Of a stretch of 64,000 bases of DNA, positions 41,347 through 52,789 are shown piece by piece (within the stretch, counting starts at the first letter, position 1; each line of letters opens with the position of its first letter). The position numbers and the translations under genes were made by a program. The notes under the pieces are model-generated. The model saw only the letters and a list, made by a program, of their open reading frames with translations, did not search any database and had not been told where the DNA came from. This DNA is from Cyanidioschyzon merolae (lineage: Eukaryota): NCBI GenBank assembly GCA_000091205.1, contig AP006499.2, one strand, 5' to 3'.

Positions 41347-43611
41347 ATGGCGGCAGTTCGGACGGCAGGGGAACAGTTTGCTCTAGCATCCTGGGTTGCT
41401 GGCGTCCGGGCATTGTCGAGCACGAGCATCGCTTGCGGAGAGGGAGCTACTGGTGGCAATGGGGCCCAGCGCAATCCGCTACAGCGCTGCAGCGCCTCAA
41501 CCGCAGCACGGATGCGATTTGCAGGCACGTTGGACGCCACGAGTGATACATGCAACTCAGATAAGGTCCGTTTGGGAGTAGCTGATGCCAGGCACCTTGA
41601 GCTTGCGTTCGGAGTGCACGTTATGGAGACGAAAACTCTGGTCCGTTCAGCAGCTGCTGCAGGCTCAAGGTGCCCGCTGCAGCCCCTACTGCTGCAGACG
41701 CACTCTACGCGGTTCGAGCATAGATCTATGGCCCTAAATCCGCGCTGGATGATGCCGTTCACTGCGCCACGGAGTCGTAGTCGAAGCCTAGGATGCGCGC
41801 CTAGCCGTCGCTGTAGACTCGTTTGTGCAGGCGTGGATGACCCGATCGGGAAGAGAGCGCGTCAAGAGGACGCATTTAGTGCATCTATCCCGGGTTCACG
41901 ACTTGATGGCGAAAGGCAGCAATCAAGTTCGAATGTGTCGTCAGACGGCTCAGCGCTAGCATATACTGGCGCTTCGTCGGCAGTGGTGCTCGAAGGCGCG
42001 AATCCGCAGTTAGATGCGAAATATCGGCACTGGCGGGTGCGCGTCTTCTACTCCATCTTTCTCGGTTACGCTTTCTTCTACTTTACGCGTAACTCCTTCA
42101 CGTACACGGCACCGGCGCTACGAGCAGCACTGGGGCTTTCACTCGAACAGCTTGGCGTCATCATGTCCGTGTTCCCGTTAGCATACGGCTTCTCTAAGCT
42201 GTTTCTGGGTATCGCAGCGGATCGATTTTCCAGCCGTGTCTTCATGGCGCTTGGGATCTCGCTCACCGGTCTGGTGAATATTTTCTTTGGATTGCAGTCG
42301 AATGTATACGCGATGACAGCGCTCTGGTTCTTAAATGGGATTTTTCAAGGCAGTGGCGCAGCGCCATGTGCGAAGCTGCTCACTCGCTGGTACAGCAAAA
42401 ATGAGCGAGGAACCTGGTGGGGCCTCTGGAATACCTCCCACAATACTGGCGGATTCTTCATTCCATTGATTGTGGGGTACAGCGTCAAGAGGTTTGGGTG
42501 GCGGTATGGCATGATTGTGCCAGGTGTCTTGGGAATCCTCATGGGCATTTTCCTACTGAACAGGCTGCGTGATTGCCCTGAGGAGGTCGGCCTGCCGCCC
42601 ATTGAAATCTACCGCGATGATCACGCCGAAGATGTTCAGCGAAGGAGCACCGCTGCAACCCGTTCAACGAGTCCCAACGGTGCAGCACCGGGCTCGTCGT
42701 CGTCGCCTGCGAATGCGGAAACCCCAAAGACCGCGGGCAAATCAGCATCCGCACGGGAGCAGGCCGCAACGAACAAGTTCTTAGAAGTCATCGGTAATCC
42801 GTATGTGCTGCTGCTAGCGATCAGTTACTTTTTCATCTACTTTTGTCGCCAGGGCATCAGTTCATGGACCGTTATTTACCTGACGAGCATGGGCGTGCCG
42901 CCACAAGAAGCGGCTTTACGTGTCGGTAGCATGGAGATTGGCGGACTCTGTGGCTCCCTGGTCAGTGGTGCAGTCAGTGATCGGCTTGCTCGCGGCCGCC
43001 GCATTCCCGTCATTCTCTTCTGGATGCTGGGTGTGGTGGCGGCGCTCGTGGCCATGTGGCTCTCGCCCGCCTCTCGGCGCTACTTGTCCATGCTCTGCAT
43101 CTTCACGTTCGGCTTTTTCATTTACGGCCCACAGATGCTCGTCGGCCTGGCCGCAAGCGAAATGGTCAGCCCGGACTCGGTGTCGTCGACCATCGGGTTT
43201 CTCGGTTGGATCGCTTACATAGGCGCAGCAACCAGTGGATACCCGCTGACGCGCATTGTATCTGCGTTGGGCTGGGATGCGTATTTCGCAGCGCTTATCT
43301 GTTGTGCCTGTATTGCTATTCTCCTGCTTTTGCCGATGTGGCGAATTGGTGAACGTCAGGCCAAAGCGATCGCTCGCAAATGGCGAGCGCTTGTCGCGGG
43401 TGCAGCGGCGAACTTTCAAGCACTGCATGTGCAAGACGATGGCCAGTACGTCGACTGTGAAGCGTGTGCGGGAGCAGGCACACGCCTCCGCATGGAATGT
43501 GGCCCTGCAACACCCGCTCAAACAGTTTCCTGTAAGCTCGTGGAAACGCCGTGTGAAAAGTGCTTCGGTACCGGAAGCATTCGGCTTCCTGCGGAAGATG
43601 CAACCCGTTGA
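41347..43611 (+). CDS. MFS organophosphate:phosphate antiporter family transporter (GlpT / UhpC / SLC37-like sugar-phosphate or glycerol-3-phosphate transporter) with N-terminal extension and Cys-rich C-terminal tail
   Basis: ATG verified at 41347. Core WRVRVFYSIFLGYAFFYFTRNSFTYTAPAL...GVIMSVFPLAYGFSKLFLGIAADRFSSRVF...WFLNGIFQGSGAAPCAKLLTRWYSKNERGTWWGLWNTSHNTGG is the classic OPA-family signature. There are twelve hydrophobic helices. About 200 N-terminal residues are hydrophilic and may be a transit peptide or not coding. The C-terminus carries two CxxCxGxG motifs. Confidence 0.8.
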   Translation: MAAVRTAGEQFALASWVAGVRALSSTSIACGEGATGGNGAQRNPLQRCSASTAARMRFAGTLDATSDTCNSDKVRLGVADARHLELAFGVHVMETKTLVRSAAAAGSRCPLQPLLLQTHSTRFEHRSMALNPRWMMPFTAPRSRSRSLGCAPSRRCRLVCAGVDDPIGKRARQEDAFSASIPGSRLDGERQQSSSNVSSDGSALAYTGASSAVVLEGANPQLDAKYRHWRVRVFYSIFLGYAFFYFTRNSFTYTAPALRAALGLSLEQLGVIMSVFPLAYGFSKLFLGIAADRFSSRVFMALGISLTGLVNIFFGLQSNVYAMTALWFLNGIFQGSGAAPCAKLLTRWYSKNERGTWWGLWNTSHNTGGFFIPLIVGYSVKRFGWRYGMIVPGVLGILMGIFLLNRLRDCPEEVGLPPIEIYRDDHAEDVQRRSTAATRSTSPNGAAPGSSSSPANAETPKTAGKSASAREQAATNKFLEVIGNPYVLLLAISYFFIYFCRQGISSWTVIYLTSMGVPPQEAALRVGSMEIGGLCGSLVSGAVSDRLARGRRIPVILFWMLGVVAALVAMWLSPASRRYLSMLCIFTFGFFIYGPQMLVGLAASEMVSPDSVSSTIGFLGWIAYIGAATSGYPLTRIVSALGWDAYFAALICCACIAILLLLPMWRIGERQAKAIARKWRALVAGAAANFQALHVQDDGQYVDCEACAGAGTRLRMECGPATPAQTVSCKLVETPCEKCFGTGSIRLPAEDATR

Positions 43612-44989
43612 ACCTCGTAATCAAATCGAGTACATGAATGATAGCCCGATGGTACCGCATGGCGATCTACCTGCGACCGCATTGCAGAGAACCAGGTGAT
43701 TCACAGGCTCCCGGTGCGCTCATATGTACTATAAGTGAAAGGCTTGCAGGCAGCATGTCCCGAAATATGAATGCGTTCTCTATCTCGCTACCGTCACCCT
43801 CATGAAAACAGCGAAGAACCCGTAAAGCAGTTTCGAACGGATAGCGACGCTTCACTCGCAATCGGTCCACAGGTCCAGTGTCCATAGCAACATACCTGGA
43901 GCGCGTTTCTGGAGACGATATCATACCTGCGCTTATCCGTGCTGTTGCAGACCGGCATGTGAAGCGCCAGCCCGTCACTCGTTCGACGCAAGTCACGCTG
44001 GGATACGGTGCCGTACTCTAGCGAACCGACGCAAAAGCAGTATGCTGTCGTGTGTCGATGGCGCTTGGGACTTGCACTGCTGCGGTTTGGCGTCTCTGGG
44101 GCGCCACGTCCATCGTGACTCCCGGTCCAGTAACCACCTGGACTGGTCTGGGTTCTGAACTACGCAACTTGGTCACCTTGAACAAACGACATCGGAAGCT
44201 CGGCGGTGATCGCGGTGCTCTCGGACAAGAGACTGCAGCGGAACTGTTTAGCGCAGTGGCGCAGCAGCGAGCGTCTGGAGTTTGATCACTTTATCCCCTT
44301 GGTAGCGTCGTCGCATCCCACAGATAAAGACAACACGATCCAGGAAGAATCTCGGTGCCCAGCGTTTCTCGACGAAGAATTGCGCTTTCGGGGTATCGGA
44401 CGATACCTTCAGCCGCTTGAATCATGCACGTGTACACGGTACCGCTCTTGCGACAAGGCCACTGAGGGCAAGTGCGACCACAGGGCGAGCACGACGCAGG
44501 CAGTAAGCACAGATCAGGTGTCTGGAGTCTCGATCACATGCCGCGGCTCCTTTTGCAAGTCTTCAAGCTTGACTCGGTGCAATTGCCTTCATAGATGCAT
44601 TGCTTGTCGTTTCGGTTGTGTGCACTGGCATCGCTCATGTCGCTCAGGATCGCGTTACCAGCGAGTGCGCACCCTGGACCGGATACTTTTGTACATCCGA
44701 AACACGTACACGGGTGCTTGAGCTCGCCAGTCATACCATCGTATGCTAGAGGAAAGGCGTTTCAGACTCGCTCTTTTTCTGCTCGTTCGCCGAAGCTTCG
44801 CTGTGTCCCAGGCACCAAAAGCGCCTTGTGTAAAACGTGCGAAAAACAGATTCACATACGGGGATTTCTATCTGTCGAAAAGTCTCTGTCACACACGGAA
44901 ACTAGGAGTCATCCGCAAACCGAACGATACGCACCCGAAAGCAACAATTAGGGCCAGAATTTCTGCTGTGATGATGCTCTCGAATCATC

Positions 44990-45799
44990 CTAGTCGGGGC
45001 ACATGAGACTCTCCCGGGTGTCTGTATTGGTGAGCGTGTTCATTCCCTTTGCGTCTGAACGCGAGCAGAGCTTCATCTGCCAGGTGGGTTCCAGCAGCGC
45101 ATCTGTCCAGTCGGTATTCTCAATATTCGCTATGGTCAGGACACTCTCGGTCCAGTAGGTGGAACGCAAGACAGCATTTTGGAAGTTGCTGCCTCGCAAA
45201 ACGGTTTGTTCAAGGGACGCTCCGATAAGCTGAGCATTCTCGAAGTTCGCTTCCGTGAGATCCGCTTTGAAAAATCGAGCCCCAGATAGGTCTGACCCAG
45301 AAAAGTTTGTCTTGCGGCAAGTCGATCCTGAAAAGTCCTTCTGCGACAGTTTCCGATGCGAAAGGTCCTGTTCCGAGAGCTGTTGCCCCGCGTAGTCCAA
45401 GCCGCCCCCTGATATGGCCACAGCGTCCTTCGGGAGACCGCACATCAGACACAGGCCGACGAAGAGCGCAGCCAAGGCTCTCTTCTGACTCTCGCCCGAC
45501 TCTGGCTGGGGCCCAGGACCTACGACTCCTCGCAACAACGCTGTTGCCTGTGCACGGCTGCGCACAGCGAAAGCGCAAGTCTTTCGTTGTTTTTCACATA
45601 CAAGTGCCTGCTGCTTTCCAAAACAATACCTGCAACTCGGCGTTGGCTTCTTCGTCTGCGAACTTGGTGAGCAAGCGTTCACAAAACCTGTTTGTAGGGG
45701 TATCGTTGCCAGCTGTCGAGCAGCCGTTTCTGACCAGGAAGTGTAAGTGGCCCTATTGAGTTCCCTAACTGTCCCAGACATGGTGCTGCAGTTAGACAT
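44990..45799 (-). CDS. pentapeptide-repeat protein with N-terminal hydrophobic (signal or transit-like) segment
   Basis: ATG verified (cat at 45797-45799). The C-terminal half is a run of A(D/N)LxG-type pentapeptides: SQKDFSGSTCRKTNFSGSDLSGARFFKADLTEANFENAQLIGASLEQTVLRGSNFQNAVLRSTYWTESVLTIANIENTDWTDALL. A hydrophobic ALAALFVGLCLMCGL segment lies upstream. It resembles thylakoid-lumen or periplasmic pentapeptide proteins. Confidence 0.7.
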   Translation of the reverse strand: MSNCSTMSGTVRELNRATYTSWSETAARQLATIPLQTGFVNACSPSSQTKKPTPSCRYCFGKQQALVCEKQRKTCAFAVRSRAQATALLRGVVGPGPQPESGESQKRALAALFVGLCLMCGLPKDAVAISGGGLDYAGQQLSEQDLSHRKLSQKDFSGSTCRKTNFSGSDLSGARFFKADLTEANFENAQLIGASLEQTVLRGSNFQNAVLRSTYWTESVLTIANIENTDWTDALLEPTWQMKLCSRSDAKGMNTLTNTDTRESLMCPD

Positions 45800-46499
45800 G
45801 CATGAGTGTTTTGCTCGAACCTAAACTCTATCAGGCTTTGAGGTACCAACTTTAAGCGCCGAAGTGCTCGTCCAGCGGCACCTGACGCGTTGTCCCAGTG
45901 CCAAGCCAACGAGTTCTCCATTCGAGATGCAGCTGCGCGATGCACTCCAAGCACAGAGGTGTTCGGGATGAGGCTAGTGGAAGCACTTCACACCGTATCG
46001 TCGTGCAAGTTTGGTAGCTTTCATCTCGGGAACAATTTCAATGTCGCTTTTTGGGAATTTGCATCTTAATGAGTCGGGTAGGTGGTTTTGGTGTCCGTAG
46101 CAACATCAGAGACAGCAAAGCTTATGCGAAAAGCTGCTGTGCGTGTAGGCTACGATTCAATGCAGGAGGTGTTCGAGGCTGCATTTGTTTATCGGGTAGT
46201 CGGATACCATTGATGTATGTGAGAATAAAATGAAACGGGTCCACTTATGTGATATGGGTGCACCTGCTGAAGTTTGGGTGGCTTCCCACAGTCATCAACA
46301 CCAGCCTCGGAGTGCCTTCTCTACGACTGCTTCCTCGTTCCTCTCTGTTATCTCGCGCTTTAAAAACGCCGGACTCTCTGTTCTATCCAGTTCCGTTGTC
46401 AGTAGTTGAACGATGTTGATAGCGGTTTCAAGTCACGATTTCGCGGCTTCCAGCTGTTGTCGCGGTATTTGACGCATAGGCGGACCTCGAGATCTAACG

Positions 46500-47560
46500 C
46501 TCGCATCCCATTTTCATCTTCTTTGAATACATTTCCATTGAGGTCCTCGTAGCGGTGACACTTGTCAGGTTTTCCTGTATACCCACAGTAGCTCCTTATG
46601 CTTCGAGGCCGCCCTGTGGCGTATGAAGCCCTGCGTCATCGCTCGGTACTTAACCTTGAAGGGTACCGAAGACTCTCCTCGACGTCATCCTGCGTTACCG
46701 CGCCCGATAGCGTACAATACGATCAGGGGCTTCCTCTGGGCGAGCCCTTCAGCTATCACACTGTCTGCTTCACGAGCAAGCGAACGCTGTTCGATTCAAC
46801 GGAGGATTTCTGGAACGCGATGCTCTCCTTGATGAAACGAGAACCAGAAGGAACATCCAGGCTGGGGAACAGTTCGAGAAACGTCGAGCCGTCTAGACTC
46901 GCTTGCTGCGAAGCGACGATGCACGCCCCATTAGAAGAGAGCCTCGGGATGGTTCGAGTTCGAGTCCAAGACACTTGGATCGAAACCGAAGAGACGAAAG
47001 CCCCCCAAAGCATATCCCGCGACATGTATCGCGCTGCCTTCGGATTGCGTTCCTTCGATGGCCACAACGAAAGCAGGATATACCTTTCGAGCGAAATCGA
47101 TTGCTTGACGTGAAAAGTTCTGGGATGCATCAGCACGAGCGTATGTGCAAATCGTGAAGAGACGGCGTGGAGTCTCTCTCTGTATATGCAGCGTCGCGCA
47201 GCGCTGCGCCCATGCTTTTTCTTAAAACCGAAAGATCGAAAACTTGAAGCAATCTGTATGTAAGGAAAGGAGAACCGTGGATGCTTTTTTCTACGGACTG
47301 GATAATCATATCGGTTCTGGTACAAACTTCTATTCGAGGGTGTCTCGAAACATCGTGATTCCGGTGACTTGGCGAATTCCAGCGGCAAAATGTCGAAGAA
47401 TCCACTACATAACGACGACCGGGAACCCAAAAACACCATATGAACCCTTAGTCCCTCATTGCTACACCATAACGATCATGGCAGTGGATCTAAAATGGTT
47501 CATAAATGAATGGAAAGCTACGAACCGAGCGCGGAGTTCAATGTTCCGATTTTTATCTGA
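46500..47560 (+). repeat. dispersed ~1-kb non-coding repeat family, copy B
   Basis: Aligns along its length with copy A (19755-20830). Aligns in reverse complement with 52790-53810 (copy C): ctggatgttccttctggttctcgtttcatcaaggagagcatcgcgttccagaaatcctc versus ctcgatttgatttccagctcggatttgccttccggtactcgtttcatcaaggccaagatcgctttccgcaaaacctc; ggattcttcgacattttgccgctggaattcgccaagtcaccggaatcacgatg versus gagaatctgctttgacatttttgcccatggaattcttcgcgtcaccggaatccatgtg. Confidence 0.75.
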
Positions 47561-48141
47561 CACTGGAGTATCGAGATGCGGAAGGTTTTGCTTAACAACA
47601 CAGTACGCGCTGTCTTGTAATTTCAACGTGCTTGGGCATGCCTCTTTGACGCATTCGAGCACCAACGAAAGACGCATTTCATTCCTTCTTGATGAAGAAT
47701 ATCGTACCGAAACGATCTGTATCAAAATGACCGATAACGTATCCTGAGGCCGTGTCCAGTTGCGAACGGGCGCTGTCATGGCCCCGAGCCTGTGCACTTC
47801 GTGCTGCTGCGAATACGCAGCTTCTAGAGCACGCCGTGCCTATGCCCGAAGCACCATTCAAAGACGCTCTATTGAGTGGACCCAAGTCCGTGTGAAGGAC
47901 CTGCCGATGATCAGGGAACGCGCCTGACTGGTAGCACAAGGGCTCCTGGCACACGGCTTGGCTGTTGCGGTTTGGCGAGCTTTTCCCAGTTCGAACAGTG
48001 CGTCTGTGAATAGGTCGCTCAAGCGTCGATCACGTTGAATTTCTGTTGCTGACCCCAAACGAAAGCTTTGTAAAGGAGAGGAGCGCGAAAGGTGCCGCTC
48101 GGGAGCTTGTCTTGCGAACAAACACGAGAACCTTTCCAAAC

Positions 48142-51100
48142 ATGTTCATCTTTCACCCGAACGTCGTTCGCGCAGCGCTAGCTGCGAAACTCACCCTGGG
48201 CTTCTTTCTAACTAGCCTGCTGGTCACCGTCAATGATTTCCGGGAGCAACTATCGTGCTGGGCTCCTCTTTTGTACACGATTCTTGTGGGTCCTCTGAGC
48301 GAGTTCAGCTACACGGGTGCCATTCAACGCACAGTATCGGGGTTGTTGTACGGTTCGCTTCTGGGTACGGCTTGTGCTGCTGTGGTGTTTTTCTTGGCAC
48401 GCTATTATGTATGGCTGCGCGTTATCTGCATCTTTGTTATTTTCATACCTATAAGTATACTTCGTCTGAGCGATCAGCATGCGCTGTTCTCAATCTTCAC
48501 CGCAGTCGCGCTTGGTCTCGTGCTCAATGCTGCCCTGGTGTCGCAAGCACTCGAATCCGACACGTCTACAGCGAGCAACATTGGGCGCTCTCTCGCGGAG
48601 ACAACTTCCTCGGTGCAGTCGCTTATGCGACAGTTTTGCATTTCTGCCTCAGTGGCATATGTTGTTGGCGTTTTTATTGGCGTCGTTGTGTTACCAGTGC
48701 CGGCTTCAGCTGCTTTGCGGGATAGACTTGAACGCGTCCTCCAGGAGCTGGGTAAGCAAGCGAGCGCGCTAGCTAGCGAGCTCTTTGGATTGGTAGCACA
48801 GGCCGAGGGCGCATGGCGAGAGATCCAGCGGCATAGCAAGAAAACATCTGGAGAAGCCGCCTCCACAGAAGAGTTGCAGGATTCTGACGGCATGTTATCG
48901 GCAACGACGACGACGATGGCAACCAGCGCGCAGTCGCCGCTGTCCGGCCTGAGGGGGAATGGGAAGCGCGTTGAACAATGTTTCAGCGTTGACTTTACTT
49001 TTTTAGACGAAGAAGACTATGCGGCACTTCACGAGGAGGGCGCTCTCTTCCTACAAGAGCAGGTTTGGGAACTGCAGTCACTTGTCGGATTCGCTTATCG
49101 AGAATGGACCTTTCCGGAAGTTACATGCGATCTTTCGATCACGGCATGGGCACGGATGATTCTTGCTGTTCGAGAGATCGTCTCGCGTCTTGCGGGTGTT
49201 GAATGCATCCTCAGCGAAAGACGCCGACGATCTGGGTACAGTATGGGTCTGGCGCTGGATCAGCTCTTTCGGCAGTCACTCGTTGATGTGATGCGCATGT
49301 GGGCCATCATCTCTGCGAGCTGTTATCAGTTATCGGGAATGCTTGCAGACTCACATTGGCGATGGTATCGTTGGACCGCGCAACGGCACCTGGGGAAGCG
49401 CTCCCGCCATCGAGCATTCTCTGTGTTGAAAACGCTGCTCGAAACGAAGAGCCTTATGCGTATTCGACAAAGCGCGCTCGCTAGTGGGCTTGTCGGCTAC
49501 GAAAAGTACTGGCAGCAAATGATGATGCTTTACCAGCAACAGCAGCAACACGATCATTGCAATGACCGTAATGCGTATAAGCTTGACCGCAACGGATCGC
49601 GCTGCACTGCGCTATTTGCTGAAGACGTTAGCGCTGCCTGGTTCAGCGCCATCATGATGCATCGCATTTTGGATGCAGTGCTAGAAGCGTATCACGCTGC
49701 AGAGGCGTTTGCGCCTCCACCAGAGACTAGTGCACTGCCTCTGTCCGGTCGGCTCCGTTCCGGTGCTGATCGTGTTCGAACACTCTTGTTCAACCTCGTG
49801 AGCGAGTTTTTCGCATTGCCCATCCAGATCGGAACGGATGTTCTACAGCTTGGCCTTCGATTGCGTGTTTTGCGCTGGAACGATGTTCGGGAAATGCTGC
49901 GCACCCATCACTGGCAGGTTGTTTTCTTCTGGAAATTTTTCCTGCTTTCAGCGACAACGCTCTCGGTGGTTACGAGCATTCCAAACAAAACAGCGCTGCG
50001 GAGCGACTGGAACATTATTTGGCTGTACTACTCGGTAATAATCACAGCGAGACCCACAACGGAATCCGCAGTAAGCATTGGTCTCATGCGCGTGAGCGGG
50101 ACCATCATCGGGGCTGCTTTGGGCTTTCTGGTCATGTTTCGACCGGTCATTGGGACCAACGCCTACGCCGTCACCGCTCTAAGCGTTTTTGTCCTCTACA
50201 TTCTCTTCTACCTGGCGCATTTGAATCGCCACAAGTGGTTGCAGTACGCATCGCGAGTCGGAGTTCTAACGTACACGCTGGTGGTGATGTGCCAGTACCA
50301 AGGCGTCAATTACGTCGCCCAATGGCAGTACGCCTTGAGTCGCTGCGTCATGACCTGTGCGGGTGTGCTGCTCGCCGTGCTTGTCGTTGCCGCCTTGTCT
50401 CCACGAATGGCAGTGCGTGAATCGCGCCAAACCCTGGGACAGGTCTTCCGTGCCGCGGCGGAGGCAGCACGCTCCTTTCATGCCGTTTACGTGACCCGCG
50501 ATACTTCGACACAGTTACCCGCTAGATTAGACCCTGCGTTTCTACTGGAACACTATTCGAACTTTAGTTCACTGATGCGTTCACCATCATTAGTGACGCT
50601 GTTGAGAGAACACGACGCTGCGGATGAAACACGACAGCGTCGTGCTGCGCGAGCGACTACCGCCAATGCAGCAGCAGACGCAGAAGCTACGTCCACGCAG
50701 GCACTGAATTCTTTCAGTGACCGGGCAGCGTCGCTATTACTCCAAAGGATAACAACAGATCTTATGGTGGCACGTGCCGCTGTCCGTCCAGCGTTCGGTG
50801 GTAACACACAGTTCACAATGTGGCGCTCAGGATTATTCAGTGCGCCGCAATACATCTTGCGCGGTATAGACAGTTCGTGGCTGCTGTTGCTGCGTTTGGA
50901 AGTTATTGAGGGTGTTCTCGAGCGTCCTCCGATTTATACGAACCGCTACACGGGAGCAGCGATACGTTTATTTATTCAACCGCTCGAGTCGGAGTGGCGC
51001 GCTCTTTTCGATGCACTGCACGCGCTCAGCGAAGCAATTCATGCGTACCTATCAGCGTTTTCGCTTTGGCATGATCTCGGGCTCGAGCGGGCATGCCGAT

Positions 51101-52410
51101 GCGGTTCCTGTTGGCGTCACGACGCAGAAGAGGTGCATGTTGCCTCGACAGCACGTGCAGATGCGCTTTCGGACAGGTCGTTGCCGGCGTCGCAGCAGAC
51201 AACGGAGCTGGACGCAAAGGATGTTCAGTATGGAGGCGAGCGTCTGCGACGTGCAATTGTGGATGCGAGGGGCCATGAGGAGTGGCTGGATGCACACGTC
51301 GCCGATGCTTTGCTGCTCTTTCGGAAGCGACGTGCACGCCTCTGGTCGAGCTTGACAAAGCGTCGCAATCGAGTGCGACGAGTGGCGCTCTCCCGCTCCC
51401 TGAATAAACAGGAACGCCAGGTAGTGGATTTCGTTGGAGCCTTATTTCTTGCGCAGGAGGAAGCTGAGCGTATGAACTTCCCCGGCATGGTGCCTGAGCA
51501 GGATTCAGATCCTGCTATATCCAAGCCAGCAGATGTTGCTTCGGCAATAGCCCGGTTAGATTCAGCGACGGGTAGAATGCGTGCAGTGGAATTGCCTCCG
51601 GGCGAGCCGTCTCCATCGAGCACCACTGCGCGATTGGAGGCAGGCTCGCAGTTGCCAGGCCGACAGTTGCTTGAAATGGAGGACACGGGTACTGCGTCGA
51701 AAATCCAATCGCTTGCGGAATCGACGAGGCGATCAGAAGCGCATACATCTGGAGGCTATGCACCGCAGCAACGCGACGAGCGACAACGACACGACAGTGC
51801 CGTGTCGCCCATGGAGGAAATCGCACCACGGTATAACAGCTCCGCAACAGCAGTAGCTGCTGCTGCTGTTGCTGTTGCAGATGATGATGATGATGCACTC
51901 GACCAAACGACGGGGATCGTAGAGCGCGTGCCTCGTCACGTACCGGGCGGAGAGCATGAAGCGTTGCCGCTCTACCCATCCACGCATTCGGAAATGAAAC
52001 TGCGCATATCAAGCCTGGCGGGTTCGCGGGCAGCTGCCACCGCGGACGCTGGCCTTGGTGTTGCTGCCGAGCATCCAACTGATACCTCGCCCAACGCAAT
52101 CGAACAAGCAGCACAGCCGGTAAGGGAGAAGGGCGGCCGCCGTCGCCATCGGCGCGTCCACCATCGCATACCCCCTGATGAGGAGGAGTCGATCGTGCGG
52201 GAGCTTTCACAGCTGGCGACGTACACAGAGGCGCATCCGCTTTTCGCGTCCTCTATTCAGAAACCAATCCACACCTCCCATGCGATCGGATTGCCGATAG
52301 ATGATTTTGTGCATTTCTCGAGTTACCTTTTCGCTTTACGCGAGACACTGAATGTGTTCGACTTTGCTGCGCGCATGATCGCTCGCCAGCCTGCGATGTC
52401 GTCGCCCTGA
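48142..52410 (+). CDS. duplicated ArAE/FUSC/ALMT-family membrane protein (aromatic-acid exporter / aluminium-activated malate transporter-like) with long hydrophilic C-terminal region
   Basis: Two internally repeated multi-helix modules. Each is followed by the family hallmark R-x2-GT-x2-G: AIQRTVSGLLYGSLLGTACAAVVFFLAR in the first half and LMRVSGTIIGAALGFLVMF in the second. About 12 predicted helices in total, and a roughly 600-aa acidic, Ala/Arg-rich tail. The ORF-track start at 48046 is a TTG; the first ATG is MFIFHP at 48142. Confidence 0.7.
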   Translation: MFIFHPNVVRAALAAKLTLGFFLTSLLVTVNDFREQLSCWAPLLYTILVGPLSEFSYTGAIQRTVSGLLYGSLLGTACAAVVFFLARYYVWLRVICIFVIFIPISILRLSDQHALFSIFTAVALGLVLNAALVSQALESDTSTASNIGRSLAETTSSVQSLMRQFCISASVAYVVGVFIGVVVLPVPASAALRDRLERVLQELGKQASALASELFGLVAQAEGAWREIQRHSKKTSGEAASTEELQDSDGMLSATTTTMATSAQSPLSGLRGNGKRVEQCFSVDFTFLDEEDYAALHEEGALFLQEQVWELQSLVGFAYREWTFPEVTCDLSITAWARMILAVREIVSRLAGVECILSERRRRSGYSMGLALDQLFRQSLVDVMRMWAIISASCYQLSGMLADSHWRWYRWTAQRHLGKRSRHRAFSVLKTLLETKSLMRIRQSALASGLVGYEKYWQQMMMLYQQQQQHDHCNDRNAYKLDRNGSRCTALFAEDVSAAWFSAIMMHRILDAVLEAYHAAEAFAPPPETSALPLSGRLRSGADRVRTLLFNLVSEFFALPIQIGTDVLQLGLRLRVLRWNDVREMLRTHHWQVVFFWKFFLLSATTLSVVTSIPNKTALRSDWNIIWLYYSVIITARPTTESAVSIGLMRVSGTIIGAALGFLVMFRPVIGTNAYAVTALSVFVLYILFYLAHLNRHKWLQYASRVGVLTYTLVVMCQYQGVNYVAQWQYALSRCVMTCAGVLLAVLVVAALSPRMAVRESRQTLGQVFRAAAEAARSFHAVYVTRDTSTQLPARLDPAFLLEHYSNFSSLMRSPSLVTLLREHDAADETRQRRAARATTANAAADAEATSTQALNSFSDRAASLLLQRITTDLMVARAAVRPAFGGNTQFTMWRSGLFSAPQYILRGIDSSWLLLLRLEVIEGVLERPPIYTNRYTGAAIRLFIQPLESEWRALFDALHALSEAIHAYLSAFSLWHDLGLERACRCGSCWRHDAEEVHVASTARADALSDRSLPASQQTTELDAKDVQYGGERLRRAIVDARGHEEWLDAHVADALLLFRKRRARLWSSLTKRRNRVRRVALSRSLNKQERQVVDFVGALFLAQEEAERMNFPGMVPEQDSDPAISKPADVASAIARLDSATGRMRAVELPPGEPSPSSTTARLEAGSQLPGRQLLEMEDTGTASKIQSLAESTRRSEAHTSGGYAPQQRDERQRHDSAVSPMEEIAPRYNSSATAVAAAAVAVADDDDDALDQTTGIVERVPRHVPGGEHEALPLYPSTHSEMKLRISSLAGSRAAATADAGLGVAAEHPTDTSPNAIEQAAQPVREKGGRRRHRRVHHRIPPDEEESIVRELSQLATYTEAHPLFASSIQKPIHTSHAIGLPIDDFVHFSSYLFALRETLNVFDFAARMIARQPAMSSP

Positions 52411-52789
52411 TCGCCTCTCTGCTTTGCTATGTCAGGTACCCGTGACCTGTTGAGGTCAGCGGTTTGCATCAGATCCTGAGCCGGCGATTGTTTGGTAGGT
52501 TTCTCGTCGTCGTTGGCGCTGCCGCACAATGGGCGCGGCTCTCGAAGCGGCGCGTGCGCACTCACCGCTCATCAGGTATTGCTTCGGGTGCCATAGAGGG
52601 CGCAGCAAATGCGCAGAAAACGCCCAGCTTGCGCTTGGTACCCGCCTGTTTGCCGGGTCGATTGCATCCCGACCCTCGATGGGAACACCGGTCCGAGAGT
52701 AGACCCGTCTGGTGTTATCGGTGGAGGTGCGTTTCTCTCGCTACACTAGTATGGAACTAAAATGGAATACCGAATGACTGGCTCTCTTC

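Noticed and set aside
46840-46900. Box C (TGATGA)-like motif in the most conserved block of the repeat family, suggesting a snoRNA
   Set aside because: The motif is present in only two of three aligned copies. No matching D box or terminal stem was found at the appropriate distance.
46598-47113. ORFs inside the 1-kb repeat copies (for example 46598-47113, 19824-20255, 53295-53843) as a small protein family
   Set aside because: The homologous nucleotide blocks are read in different frames in different copies, and frames break between copies. Conservation is at the DNA level, not the protein level.
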